Source of the DNA: Sediminispirochaeta sp.
GTDB lineage: Bacteria > Spirochaetota > Spirochaetia > B11-G9
DNA length: 64,000 nt
Direction of reading: 5' to 3'
Assembly (NCBI GenBank): GCA_024763455.1
Contig: JANTFL010000002.1
Location: 4,869-68,868, forward strand
A model generated the notes under the pieces. It was not told where the DNA came from. It worked only from the letters and a program-made list of their open reading frames with translations, and did not search any database. Of the stretch, positions 1 through 8,277 are shown in pieces (position 1 is the first letter of the stretch; each line of letters starts with the position of its first letter). A program made the translations under genes and the position numbers.

Positions 1-965
1 GCACTGCCGCTGGCAAGACCGATAAGCATGTATCCGCCCTGACCGACACTGTGCCAGGCAATAAGTTTTTTTGCATCATGCTGGTATAAAGCTGTAAAAG
101 TGGGAACAACCATGGTAAGTGCAGCAAAAACACCGAACACATACCGGAAGTTGATCTTTCCGATAATACTCAGTTTATCAACCGTCTGTATCCCGAAGAT
201 ACCGAAGAGAAACAAAATGATTCCATAAATACCGATACGGGTGGATATCCCTGAAAGATATGCAGTAAAGGTGGTAAAGGTATTTGAATAACCATCCGGC
301 AGCCAGGAATGTACAGGGAAAACAGCCGATTCAACTGAAAAAGATACGATAAAAATCGATAAAAGGAATCCTGTCATCGGCAGTGAAAGGGAACCTATCT
401 TGTCGTGTATTACGGCAAAATCAAAGGATCCGAACAGTGAGTAACTCAGAACAACCCCTGCCATAAGAATCATGGAGGCAGTTATTGCGAAAACAAAGTA
501 CTTGAAAGCAGATTTCGGAGCATCCTTCCCGCCTGTCGACATAAGACCGAAGGTACTCCAGCTCATAATCTCCCAGAAGACAAAAAACGTAATAAGGTCG
601 CTGGAAAATATTACCCCCAGCATACCAAAGGTTTTAAGGGAAAGCACCGTGTAATAATGGGTAGAACCATCCTTTCCTTCCATGTACTTCAGGGAAAAAA
701 TAACTGTTAACAGTGTTATACCGGTTATCATGATCCCAAAGTAGTAGTTAAGCCAGGTTATGGTAAACCCTATGGATTGACCTGCTATCTGGAATGGAAA
801 ATCAAAATGTTCTCCAACCTGACTGTACATTACAAAACTAAAGTATGTTAAACCTGCAAAAATAAGCAGACTTACATATTTCTGTACTATTTTTGATTTG
901 GAAAACAGCACATTTAGAACAACACCCGCAAGTGCAATACTTAAAAGATTTAATACTATTGACAT
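1..965 (-). CDS. Antiporter-like NuoL/M/N-family membrane subunit (second MrpD/MrpA-like subunit), C-terminus cut by window edge
   Basis: Not in the ORF track because it has no stop in the window. My translation of the minus strand from ATG 965-963 begins MSIVLNLLSIALAGVVLNVLF. It later contains FPVHSWLPDGY and KKLIAWHSVGQGGYM, the signature stretches of proton-conducting antiporter subunits. SD AAGGAGG lies 4 nt upstream. The gene starts 11 nt after the mrpD stop. Confidence 0.7.
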   Translation of the reverse strand, partial: MSIVLNLLSIALAGVVLNVLFSKSKIVQKYVSLLIFAGLTYFSFVMYSQVGEHFDFPFQIAGQSIGFTITWLNYYFGIMITGITLLTVIFSLKYMEGKDGSTHYYTVLSLKTFGMLGVIFSSDLITFFVFWEIMSWSTFGLMSTGGKDAPKSAFKYFVFAITASMILMAGVVLSYSLFGSFDFAVIHDKIGSLSLPMTGFLLSIFIVSFSVESAVFPVHSWLPDGYSNTFTTFTAYLSGISTRIGIYGIILFLFGIFGIQTVDKLSIIGKINFRYVFGVFAALTMVVPTFTALYQHDAKKLIAWHSVGQGGYMLIGLASGS

Positions 966-976
966 GCTTCCTCCTT

Positions 977-2437
977 TTAAAAGACCTGTGCCATCTGCAT
1001 TTTACGTACTATCTCGGAAGCCACACCACCGGTATATCCGGTTATCTGCGGCAGCACGAGAAACCCCGCCAGGATAACAACGGCAAAAGCAGCAATAGCA
1101 AGGAGCGGCAGAAACGGAGCTTCCTTTACCGAATCAACAATTCCATCCCTGTTATACATAACCTGAATTATCCGCAAGAAGTAAATAGACTCTATCACCG
1201 TTCCGAGAAGGACAAGAAAAACCATTACTGTGTTAAAAATGCTTCCCGTATGAAGAGCAGCTATTATAATAGCAAGTTTGCTGAAAAAACCGAAAAACGG
1301 CGGAACTCCAAGAAGGGAGAGCACTCCGATAACAAAGAAAAAGGCACTCACCGGCATTTTTTTTGCGATTCCCCGGTAATCCGAGATTTGATACGAACCT
1401 GTCCGTACAATCAGAAACCCTGCCACAAGAAACAGAATAGACTTGGATGCTGTATGATTAACAATCTGCATCAACCCGGCATTGATACCGCCGGTACTGT
1501 TCAAACTCATGGCAAAAAGGATAAGACCGATCTGTCCAATACTTGAATAGGCCAGTACCCGTTTTATATTGGCTTGTTTAAACGCAGCAAACTCCCCTAC
1601 CAGAAGGGTAATAACAGCAACCAGGCTTAGAAATCCCAGAATCTCTGTCATAGCAAAAATCGAATACACAAACTTTACAATAACTATCAGTGCTACCTCG
1701 ATAACAAAACCGGAAAGCATTGCACTGATCGACGATGGAGCCGATGAATGTGCATCCGGCAGCCAGCTGTTAAGCGGAAATACCGCAGCTTCAACCCCCA
1801 TGCCGGTAATAAAAAACACAAGAATCATCAACCGTTTGGAAGGATCAATCATACCGAACTTGTCCGCAAGGTCCGCCATGTTAAGAGTCCCTGCTTCCTG
1901 ATAGATCAAAGCTACTGCCACAAGGATTAGAACTGAACCGATAGAACCGAGAATAAGATACTTAACCGCAGCTTCTAGACCGTTCCGCTTTCCCTCGTAT
2001 CCGACCAGGATATAGGAAGAAATTGCAAGGATCTCAAAGAAAACAAACAGGTTAAAAACATCTCCTGTCAGTACCATTCCGTGGGAACCGGTTATAAGCA
2101 GGAGAAACAGGGTGTAATACTTATGCTGAGAATCTCCTTCAATATACTTGAATGAGTACAGCAGTATTAAAAGACCTGCTGCTGAAATAAGTATGGAAAA
2201 AACAGCTCCCGAAGGACCTACGAACAGGTTTATTCCCAGAGGAGGTTTTACCCCGGCAATAACAACATTAATTGAATGCTGCATAACTTCTGGAAGCAGC
2301 TTTATACTTACCCATACATTTGCAATCATGGCGAGCAGTGCAAGATACTTTGTACTGTTCTTGAGAAATGAAGCAGTAAGCGAGATTAAGAACGCTGTCC
2401 CCAGGGGAACAATTATAAGCAGAATCGGGTTTACCAT
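977..2437 (-). CDS. mrpD: Na+/H+ antiporter subunit D (MrpD/MnhD, NuoN-like)
   Basis: 486-aa polytopic protein with motifs FPLNSWLPDAHSSAP and KRVLAYSSIGQIGLI. Overlaps the upstream mrpC by 7 nt. Confidence 0.85.
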   Translation of the reverse strand: MVNPILLIIVPLGTAFLISLTASFLKNSTKYLALLAMIANVWVSIKLLPEVMQHSINVVIAGVKPPLGINLFVGPSGAVFSILISAAGLLILLYSFKYIEGDSQHKYYTLFLLLITGSHGMVLTGDVFNLFVFFEILAISSYILVGYEGKRNGLEAAVKYLILGSIGSVLILVAVALIYQEAGTLNMADLADKFGMIDPSKRLMILVFFITGMGVEAAVFPLNSWLPDAHSSAPSSISAMLSGFVIEVALIVIVKFVYSIFAMTEILGFLSLVAVITLLVGEFAAFKQANIKRVLAYSSIGQIGLILFAMSLNSTGGINAGLMQIVNHTASKSILFLVAGFLIVRTGSYQISDYRGIAKKMPVSAFFFVIGVLSLLGVPPFFGFFSKLAIIIAALHTGSIFNTVMVFLVLLGTVIESIYFLRIIQVMYNRDGIVDSVKEAPFLPLLAIAAFAVVILAGFLVLPQITGYTGGVASEIVRKMQMAQVF

Positions 2438-2796
2438 TTAAGCCCCCTTATTTTAGAAGTATCCAGAGTCCCGGTTTTTTCATACAATTTGATAATCATT
2501 GCAAGTGCCAGAGCAGAAACACCGAAACCGATAACGATTGATGTCAGTACCAGTGCCTGGGGGACAGGATCTACCATTGACGAAACCTGCAGACCGGCCT
2601 TTGAAAAAATTGGTGCAGTGTTTCCTTTAATATAACCGGTTGAAACAAGAAGAACATTCACCCCGGTTTCAGCAATATCGATTCCAATTACCATCTTTAT
2701 CAGGTTTTTCTGGGTAAATACTATGTACAGGCCCAGAACGATCAACCCTGCAGATCCAAAATTCAGAACCGTTGAAATTGATAATACTCCGTTCAT
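2431..2796 (-). CDS. mrpC: Na+/H+ antiporter subunit C (MrpC/MnhC, NuoK-like)
   Basis: 121 aa with 3 TM helices and a NuoK-like stretch NLIKMVIGIDIAETGVNVLLV. ATGA-type overlap with mrpB. Confidence 0.85.
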   Translation of the reverse strand: MNGVLSISTVLNFGSAGLIVLGLYIVFTQKNLIKMVIGIDIAETGVNVLLVSTGYIKGNTAPIFSKAGLQVSSMVDPVPQALVLTSIVIGFGVSALALAMIIKLYEKTGTLDTSKIRGLKW

Positions 2797-3482
2797 TTTG
2801 ACTCCTTCATTGCATACACAACGCTTGAAAGTTCAGCCCCGACTTTGATACCAACTACTGCGTAAATCAGGGGGATGATACCTGCGCTGAATACTGTATT
2901 AAAGGTTCCCAGGGGTAAGAAATTCTGTAGAAATGAATTCCCCGGTCCCAAAAGTCCGACAACACCAAGACCTATAAACGAAAGACCTGCAAGCCCCTCG
3001 AGCACTGACATAAGCGTCTTGTTAAAATTGACCGACTCAGATGTAAGGAGAATAACAAAAAATCCTGTCGCTATGATAACCCCGCCGGGGAATCCTCCAC
3101 CGGGAGACAGATGCCCATGGGCAATAATGTACATTCCGAAGAGAAACATCAGGGGAAACAGCAGCCTGCTCCCTGTTTTTAGTATAAAACTCTGATCGAG
3201 AACCTTCTTTCTCTTTTCACCGGTACTTTTCATAAAAACCGAAATACCCAAGGCTGCAAGAAAAAGGACAGTTACCTCCCCAAGGGTGTCAAATCCCCTG
3301 TAAAGGACAACCACAGACGTAACTGCATTTGCAGAACCCGTCTCATCCGCAGATCTTGAAAGGATATCCAATCCGACACTGCTTCTATCAGCGCTGGAAT
3401 CCGGAATAAGCAGTCCTCCGGTAAGAGTTGCAAAATAAAAAACGAACCCGGCAAGAAGCAAAAAACTTATTACTTTTCTCAT
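2793..3482 (-). CDS. mrpB: Na+/H+ antiporter subunit B (MnhB domain; MbhE-like)
   Basis: 229-aa membrane protein. The stretch NAVTSVVVLYRGFDTLGEVTVLF matches the MnhB-domain signature (RGxDTxGE). Confidence 0.8.
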   Translation of the reverse strand: MRKVISFLLLAGFVFYFATLTGGLLIPDSSADRSSVGLDILSRSADETGSANAVTSVVVLYRGFDTLGEVTVLFLAALGISVFMKSTGEKRKKVLDQSFILKTGSRLLFPLMFLFGMYIIAHGHLSPGGGFPGGVIIATGFFVILLTSESVNFNKTLMSVLEGLAGLSFIGLGVVGLLGPGNSFLQNFLPLGTFNTVFSAGIIPLIYAVVGIKVGAELSSVVYAMKESK

Positions 3483-3485
3483 AAT

Positions 3486-3737
3486 CTATTCCTTATCCGT
3501 GGTTTCTTTTGATCTGGTGCGTTTTATTGCTATAACAAAAACAACCGTTGTCAGAGCAGCACCAATCGCCGCTTCCGTTATTGCAACATCAGGGGAAGCA
3601 ATAAACAGAAAGATTACAGACACAACCAAACTAATAACTGTGGTAAGAATTACTGCACTCAAAATATCTTTTACCACTATTACAGCAATACCGGCTATGA
3701 GCATAACCACCACTAAAAATGCTAAAAGGTACAACAT
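3486..3737 (-). CDS. Small MrpB-N/MbhD-like membrane subunit (DUF4040-like)
   Basis: 83 aa with 3 hydrophobic helices. Sits between mrpG and mrpB, as in Mbh/Mbx-type gene orders. Confidence 0.65.
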   Translation of the reverse strand: MLYLLAFLVVVMLIAGIAVIVVKDILSAVILTTVISLVVSVIFLFIASPDVAITEAAIGAALTTVVFVIAIKRTRSKETTDKE

Positions 3738-3740
3738 ACG

Positions 3741-4070
3741 CTATGCCTCCTCTTTCCTGACGTTGTCCTTACAGACATCAACGACAGATTCTTTAACAAG
3801 AGGGATACCCGCTTTGTGGCTTGCTCTTGCTATCGTGCTGCTTGATATAGGGTTTGTCAGAACAATAAATATAATCAGCACAATACTTTTAACCAGAAAA
3901 CTGCCGTTCATAAATCCTACCCCAAGAATCAAAGACAGTGCGCCGAGGGTCGTTGCCTTGGTTCCTGCCTGAAGCCTGTTGTATACATCAGGCATCCTGA
4001 AGATTCCTAAAGACCCAAGAAACAGGAAGATAGACCCGATCAGTACGAGAATTTTTCCAACAACAACCAT
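3741..4070 (-). CDS. mrpG: Na+/H+ antiporter subunit G (MrpG/MnhG)
   Basis: Signature GIFRMPDVYNRLQAGTKATTLG. I moved the start to ATG 4070 (MVVVGKIL...), which has SD GAAGGAGG upstream and lies 1 nt after the mrpF stop. The track start at 4148 would overlap mrpF by 77 nt. Confidence 0.8.
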   Translation of the reverse strand: MVVVGKILVLIGSIFLFLGSLGIFRMPDVYNRLQAGTKATTLGALSLILGVGFMNGSFLVKSIVLIIFIVLTNPISSSTIARASHKAGIPLVKESVVDVCKDNVRKEEA

Positions 4071-4071
4071 T

Positions 4072-4323
4072 CTACAGACCTCCTTCGAGATATCTGGCAA
4101 CCACAACAACACCGGCGAATCCCAGAACAGAGTAAACCAGTGCAACATCCATGTAGATTATCCGGGAAAAATAAGATGCCATGAGAACAAGCAATGCTGT
4201 CGTTATTATGGCAAGGGTATCTGCAGCGAGCAGACGGTCAAACGTTGACGGGCCTTTCAACAACCGCAGTGTTGAAAACAAAACGGCAAGTCCTATAAGC
4301 ACAAAAGATAAACCTAAAATCAT
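4072..4323 (-). CDS. mrpF: Na+/H+ antiporter subunit F (MrpF/MnhF)
   Basis: 83 aa with motif LKGPSTFDRLLAADTL typical of MnhF/PhaF. 4-nt overlap with mrpE. Confidence 0.8.
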   Translation of the reverse strand: MILGLSFVLIGLAVLFSTLRLLKGPSTFDRLLAADTLAIITTALLVLMASYFSRIIYMDVALVYSVLGFAGVVVVARYLEGGL

Positions 4324-4817
4324 TTTACAATCTCCTTCAGTATTCTTTCGAATTTTCTGCTTATCTCTTTTGTTGCTTCCTCAACATCCTTTCCCTTCAC
4401 GTCAATCCAGTGGATAAAAAGAGTATCGTCTTTCACATCCACAGTCAGCGTCCCTGGAGTCAGGGTAATGGAGTTGGCAAGAATCAGTTTTGAAAGCGGA
4501 TCTTTCAAACTGGTCTTTACTGCAACAATACCGGGGTTTATCGGCAGAGACGGTCTTACAACCCGTGATGCGACATCAAAGTTCGCAACTATGAGTTCTT
4601 TCAGGAAAACCAGCAGGTATAACGGATAGAACAGAATAATCTTCGGTGTAATTTTTAAAGCACGGTAAAGATCACTGTACCCGAAAAAAAGAATTGCAAC
4701 CAACACCAGCGACAATCCGCCGATCAGAAGCTCATCTTTTCCAAGAGAACCTGTCAGTAAAAGCCAGGTAAGGGCCAACACAATCACGAAAATAATGAAA
4801 CCCTTAAAATTCTTCAT
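4320..4817 (-). CDS. mrpE: Na+/H+ antiporter subunit E (MrpE/MnhE)
   Basis: C-terminal stretch NSITLTPGTLTVDV...LFIHWIDV is typical of MnhE. ATG 4817 lies 8 nt after SD GGGGGAG. The track GTG at 4823 is only 2 nt from the SD. Confidence 0.75.
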   Translation of the reverse strand: MKNFKGFIIFVIVLALTWLLLTGSLGKDELLIGGLSLVLVAILFFGYSDLYRALKITPKIILFYPLYLLVFLKELIVANFDVASRVVRPSLPINPGIVAVKTSLKDPLSKLILANSITLTPGTLTVDVKDDTLFIHWIDVKGKDVEEATKEISRKFERILKEIVK

Positions 4818-4885
4818 GAGCACTTCTCCCCCTATTTTTTTAAAAACAGGTAATTAATACATAAATGATAAGAATTATATTTTAT

Positions 4886-4903
4886 TCTGAATATATATTC
4901 ACA
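4886..4903. promoter_or_regulatory. ARG-box-like operator (TCTGAATATATATTCACA)
   Basis: Fits the E. coli ARG-box consensus WNTGAATWWWWATTCANW at every position. The core TGAATATATATTCA (4888-4901) is a perfect 14-bp palindrome. Located in the divergent mrp / ABC intergenic region. Confidence 0.45.
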
Positions 4904-5029
4904 ATAAACATACACAATGACTATAAATCTACTTTTAGCATATGTCAATGATTACTTGCCATTAAATATTGTAATAATGTGATGATTATAACAATAACAA
5001 TCAGCCCCGTTCATTAATAAACCTTTATA

Positions 5030-5062
5030 TTGACAAACGCGGTAAAATGCTTATTCTGAATA
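5030..5062 (+). promoter_or_regulatory. Putative sigma-70 promoter of the amino-acid ABC operon, overlapped by palindrome TATTCTGAATA
   Basis: TTGACA (5030-5035), 16-nt spacer, TATTCT (5052-5057). The 11-bp palindrome TATTCTGAATA (5052-5062) also occurs at 4883-4893. Confidence 0.4.
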
Positions 5063-5110
5063 GTTATAATGCTACTTTTAATAGAAGCAAATTTCAAAGG
5101 AGTTAGATTT

Positions 5111-5860
5111 ATGAAAAAGGCGTTACTTTTAGTACTCGTAGTGCTCTTTCTGGTATCTCCCCTCTTTGCAGGCGGACAGAAAGACAGTTCCGACACAATT
5201 GTCGTTGCAACCGATGCAACCTGGCCTCCCATGGAGATGGTGAATGCGGATAAGGAAATTGTCGGGTTTGATATTGACTTTATGAAAGCTGTTGCAGAGG
5301 CAGCCGGATTCAAGGTTGAATTTAAGAATACTGCATGGGACGGAATCTTTGCCGGACTTGGAAACAACGAGTATGATGCAGTTATCTCTTCTGTTACAAT
5401 CACCGATGAGAGAAAGAAAACAATGGATTTTTCCATGCCGTATATCAACGCAGGTCAGGTTCTTATTGTACCGGCTTCGGATAACAGTGCAAAAGCCCTA
5501 ACCGACCTTAAGGGAAAAGATGTAGGAGCACAGATTGGAACAACAGGTGCATTTGCTATCAAGGACGCTGATGGAGTGAATCTTAAAACCTATGACGAAA
5601 TCGGTCTTGCAGTAGAAGATCTTGCAAACGGAAGAATTGCAGGCGTTGTCTGCGACTCCCCGATTGCAGCAGACTATGTACTTCAGAACGAAAACTACAA
5701 GGGCTCGTTAAAGATCGTAGGAACTCCTTTTACCGAGGAATACTATGGAGTTGCTGTCAAGAAAGGGAACAAAAAAGTTCTTGATCTTGTAAACAAAGGG
5801 ATCCAGGCTGTTATCGATTCCGGTAAGGCAAAAGAGTTAGAAGACAAGTGGCTGAGATAA
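5111..5860 (+). CDS. Polar amino-acid ABC transporter substrate-binding protein
   Basis: Signal peptide MKKALLLVLVVLFLVSPLFAGG followed by an SBP_bac_3-like body (DATWPPMEM, GFDIDF, WDGIFAGL, ISSVTITDERKK). SD AAAGGAG lies 7 nt before ATG 5111. The track start at 5069 adds an unlikely 14 aa. Confidence 0.85.
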   Translation: MKKALLLVLVVLFLVSPLFAGGQKDSSDTIVVATDATWPPMEMVNADKEIVGFDIDFMKAVAEAAGFKVEFKNTAWDGIFAGLGNNEYDAVISSVTITDERKKTMDFSMPYINAGQVLIVPASDNSAKALTDLKGKDVGAQIGTTGAFAIKDADGVNLKTYDEIGLAVEDLANGRIAGVVCDSPIAADYVLQNENYKGSLKIVGTPFTEEYYGVAVKKGNKKVLDLVNKGIQAVIDSGKAKELEDKWLR

Positions 5861-6633
5861 AAAGCAGTAGAATTGAAATTTCAGATGGAGCGCTCATCCC
5901 CGACAAGGGTGAGCACTCCCTTTTTTCCGCATGGAGACTCGCTTTTTTCGGAGCAATTGCTGTTCTTGTTCTGCTCCCGGTCCTTTTTCCGGATCCCTAT
6001 CTGGATATAATCAAGTTTATTCCTGACGGAATCCTCAAGACCTTTGAAGTAACCGTTCTCTCTATTATTTTCGCGCTGATTATCGGTCTTTTTACCGGTC
6101 TTGGACGGATCTCCCGCATTACCTTTATTAACAGGCTTGCAACTATCTATGTAGAGGTTGTGAGAGGGATCCCGCTGCTGGTACAGCTTTTCTACATTTA
6201 TTATGCTCTGGGCAAAATGGTCCAGCTGCCGAGGCTGACTTCTGCTGTCGTAGCGATGTCCTTCTGTTACGGTGCATACCTGGGTGAAATTTTCAGAGCA
6301 GGTCTACAGGCTATTCCCAAAGGACAGATGGAAGCGGCCCTTGCTCTGGGTTTGAGCAGAAGCCAGGCAATAAGAAAGATCATACTTCCCCAGACTTTTA
6401 AGGTTATTATGCCTCCGGTGGGTAACGAGTTCATTGCACTCTTGAAAGATTCTTCTCTTGTATCAATTCTTGCAGTTTCAGACCTTCTAAGACGGGGAAG
6501 AGAATTTGCCTCAACATCTTTCAGATATTTTGAAACCTATACCGTTATTGCACTGGTATATCTTGTAATTACCCTGTTTCTCTCCAAACTTGTGGCATTA
6601 ATGGAAGAAAGGATGCAGCATCATGAACGATAA
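5848..6633 (+). CDS. Amino-acid ABC transporter permease (HisM/GlnP family)
   Basis: 261 aa, polytopic, with the EAA-loop region [21 protein letters not shown]. Confidence 0.9.
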   Translation: MAEIKSSRIEISDGALIPDKGEHSLFSAWRLAFFGAIAVLVLLPVLFPDPYLDIIKFIPDGILKTFEVTVLSIIFALIIGLFTGLGRISRITFINRLATIYVEVVRGIPLLVQLFYIYYALGKMVQLPRLTSAVVAMSFCYGAYLGEIFRAGLQAIPKGQMEAALALGLSRSQAIRKIILPQTFKVIMPPVGNEFIALLKDSSLVSILAVSDLLRRGREFASTSFRYFETYTVIALVYLVITLFLSKLVALMEERMQHHER

Positions 6634-7360
6634 ACCAATTATACGCATAAAAAATGCCGTAAAGACCTTTGGTACGGTACAGGCCTTACGAGGGGTTGAC
6701 CTGGAAATCAAACATGGAGAAGTAGTCCTGATCATTGGACCTTCCGGAAGCGGGAAAAGCACACTGCTTCGAAGTGTTAACCGTCTGGAAACCCTCACCA
6801 AAGGGGAAATCTGGGTAGATGAAGACAGTGTTACAAACAAGGACTCAGACATACGGAAAATACGGGAAGAAGTCGGAATGGTTTTCCAGAGCTTTAACCT
6901 TTTCAGCCATCTAAATGTTTTGGAAAACATAACAATGGCTCCTCTTACGGTAAAAAATGTATCAAAGCAGGAAGCTGCGGAAACCGCCAGAAAACTTCTT
7001 AAACGGGTAGGTCTGGCTGATAAAGAAACAGCCTATCCAAGCCAGCTCTCAGGGGGACAGCAGCAGAGAGTTGCAATTGCACGGTCTCTGGCCATGAACC
7101 CCCGAGTGATGCTGTTCGATGAACCGACATCAGCTTTGGACCCTGAAATGATTAAGGAAGTCCTTGATGTTATGCTCGATTTGGCAAAGGAAGGGATGAC
7201 CATGATGGTCGTTTCTCACGAAATGGGCTTTGCCCGGGCAGCTGCAGACAGGGTTATCTTTATGGATGAAGGTCTCATAGTCGAAGAGGGAACTCCCGGG
7301 GATATCTTTTCAAATCCTCAAGAACCCCGGACGAAAAGATTTTTAGAGCATATTCTTTAG
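6623..7360 (+). CDS. Amino-acid ABC transporter ATP-binding protein (GlnQ/ArtP-like)
   Basis: Walker [10 protein letters not shown], signature [13 protein letters not shown], Walker [13 protein letters not shown]-loop VSHEM. Confidence 0.93.
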   Translation: MNDKPIIRIKNAVKTFGTVQALRGVDLEIKHGEVVLIIGPSGSGKSTLLRSVNRLETLTKGEIWVDEDSVTNKDSDIRKIREEVGMVFQSFNLFSHLNVLENITMAPLTVKNVSKQEAAETARKLLKRVGLADKETAYPSQLSGGQQQRVAIARSLAMNPRVMLFDEPTSALDPEMIKEVLDVMLDLAKEGMTMMVVSHEMGFARAAADRVIFMDEGLIVEEGTPGDIFSNPQEPRTKRFLEHIL

Positions 7361-7420
7361 CAAAATTCTTGCCCTGCTCCTGATTTTTTCTTATCATTTA
7401 GGTAATAAACAGGAGCGGGT

Positions 7421-7858
7421 ATGAATAAATTGTATTATTCAGGTATATTATTTTTAATAATCACAGTATTTCTTTCAGCACAGGGGAAAGATGAGGGTTT
7501 TAATCCTGATTTGGACTATGCGCAAGTCGTATACGTAAATGCTTTTGAAACATCGAAGGGAGTTTGGAGATTTGATGTTACTCTACGGCATAACGATGAG
7601 GGTTGGAACCACTACGCAACATCATGGCAGGTTGTCAATCCGGAAACAATGGAGATCCTCAGCGAAAGGGTGCTGGCTCATCCGCATGTAGACGAACAGC
7701 CTTTTACCAGAAGCCAGGGAACTATAAAGATCCCGCCTACCCTGTCCGAAGTCCTTGTCCGGGCAAAATGCCAGCGCCACGGTTTTGGAGGGCAGGAGAT
7801 CATTGTTCCTCTGGTTTCAGGAGAAACCTCTTTATACAAGGTTACAGTTTCCCGGTAA
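7421..7858 (+). CDS. Exported hypothetical protein (145 aa)
   Basis: SD AGGAG lies 5 nt upstream, with an N-terminal signal-like helix. I recognise no family. His-rich patches HNDEGWNHY and HPHVDEQ. Confidence 0.55.
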   Translation: MNKLYYSGILFLIITVFLSAQGKDEGFNPDLDYAQVVYVNAFETSKGVWRFDVTLRHNDEGWNHYATSWQVVNPETMEILSERVLAHPHVDEQPFTRSQGTIKIPPTLSEVLVRAKCQRHGFGGQEIIVPLVSGETSLYKVTVSR

Positions 7859-7874
7859 CTAACATATTAATCGG

Positions 7875-8150
7875 TTAATCTGCAAAAATTACAGCCAGAT
7901 TGGGAAATTCCCTCTCCAAAGCTGCTTGAAGATCCCTCTTTATTGAGGACTCCAGAAGCATTGATATCCCCACACAGGTTTTACAAGCCGGACGGTGGGA
8001 TAAAAAAGTAGTAAACACGTAGAGTTCGCCGAGCTTTTCGTTGTAACGATACTTCTCGACGATTCCCAGATTTGCAATAGAAAGCCCGCTTTCAGGGTCC
8101 TTTACTTCATCCAGCACTTTGTCCAGTTTTTTTTTCATCTCTTCAGTCAT
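7875..8150 (-). CDS. DUF59/SufT-like (MIP18 family) small Fe-S assembly-type protein
   Basis: 91 aa. VKDPESGLSIANLGIV resembles the DUF59 signature. SD GGAGGTGG upstream. Confidence 0.6.
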   Translation of the reverse strand: MTEEMKKKLDKVLDEVKDPESGLSIANLGIVEKYRYNEKLGELYVFTTFLSHRPACKTCVGISMLLESSIKRDLQAALEREFPNLAVIFAD

Positions 8151-8236
8151 AACAATAACCCACCTCCGCTGATCCTAGTATACAAAGGCTGTCTCGCAGC
8201 CTCAAGAGGGCCTTCAGGAAACACCATGCTTTTTAT

Positions 8237-8265
8237 TTGACAGCTCACTGCTACTGTCGTACACT
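8237..8265 (+). promoter_or_regulatory. Putative sigma-70 promoter, near-leaderless (GAF kinase)
   Basis: TTGACA 8237-8242, 17-nt spacer, TACACT 8260-8265. ATG 8278 lies 12 nt downstream with no SD. Confidence 0.4.
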
Positions 8266-8277
8266 GTAGTGTACAAA

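Noticed and set aside
893-1546. 217-aa plus-strand ORF, together with many similar long antisense ORFs: 5014-5448, 9995-10327, 10733-11296, 32397-32942, 34064-34588, 37424-37855, 39188-39679, 47984-48697, 51089-51643, 55226-55708 and 55916-56413.
   Set aside because: Each lies entirely inside, and antisense to, a confidently recognised gene (mrpD, ABC binding protein, xseA, dnaE, recG, rsgA, acyl-CoA synthetase, MFS transporter, NtrC regulator). Their translations are low-complexity or basic with no recognisable motifs. They are typical shadow ORFs.
4945-4965. Possible sigma-54 promoter for the mrp operon (minus-strand TGGCAAGTAATCATTGA).
   Set aside because: Only the GG element fits. The -12 TTGC element is absent at the required N5 spacing.
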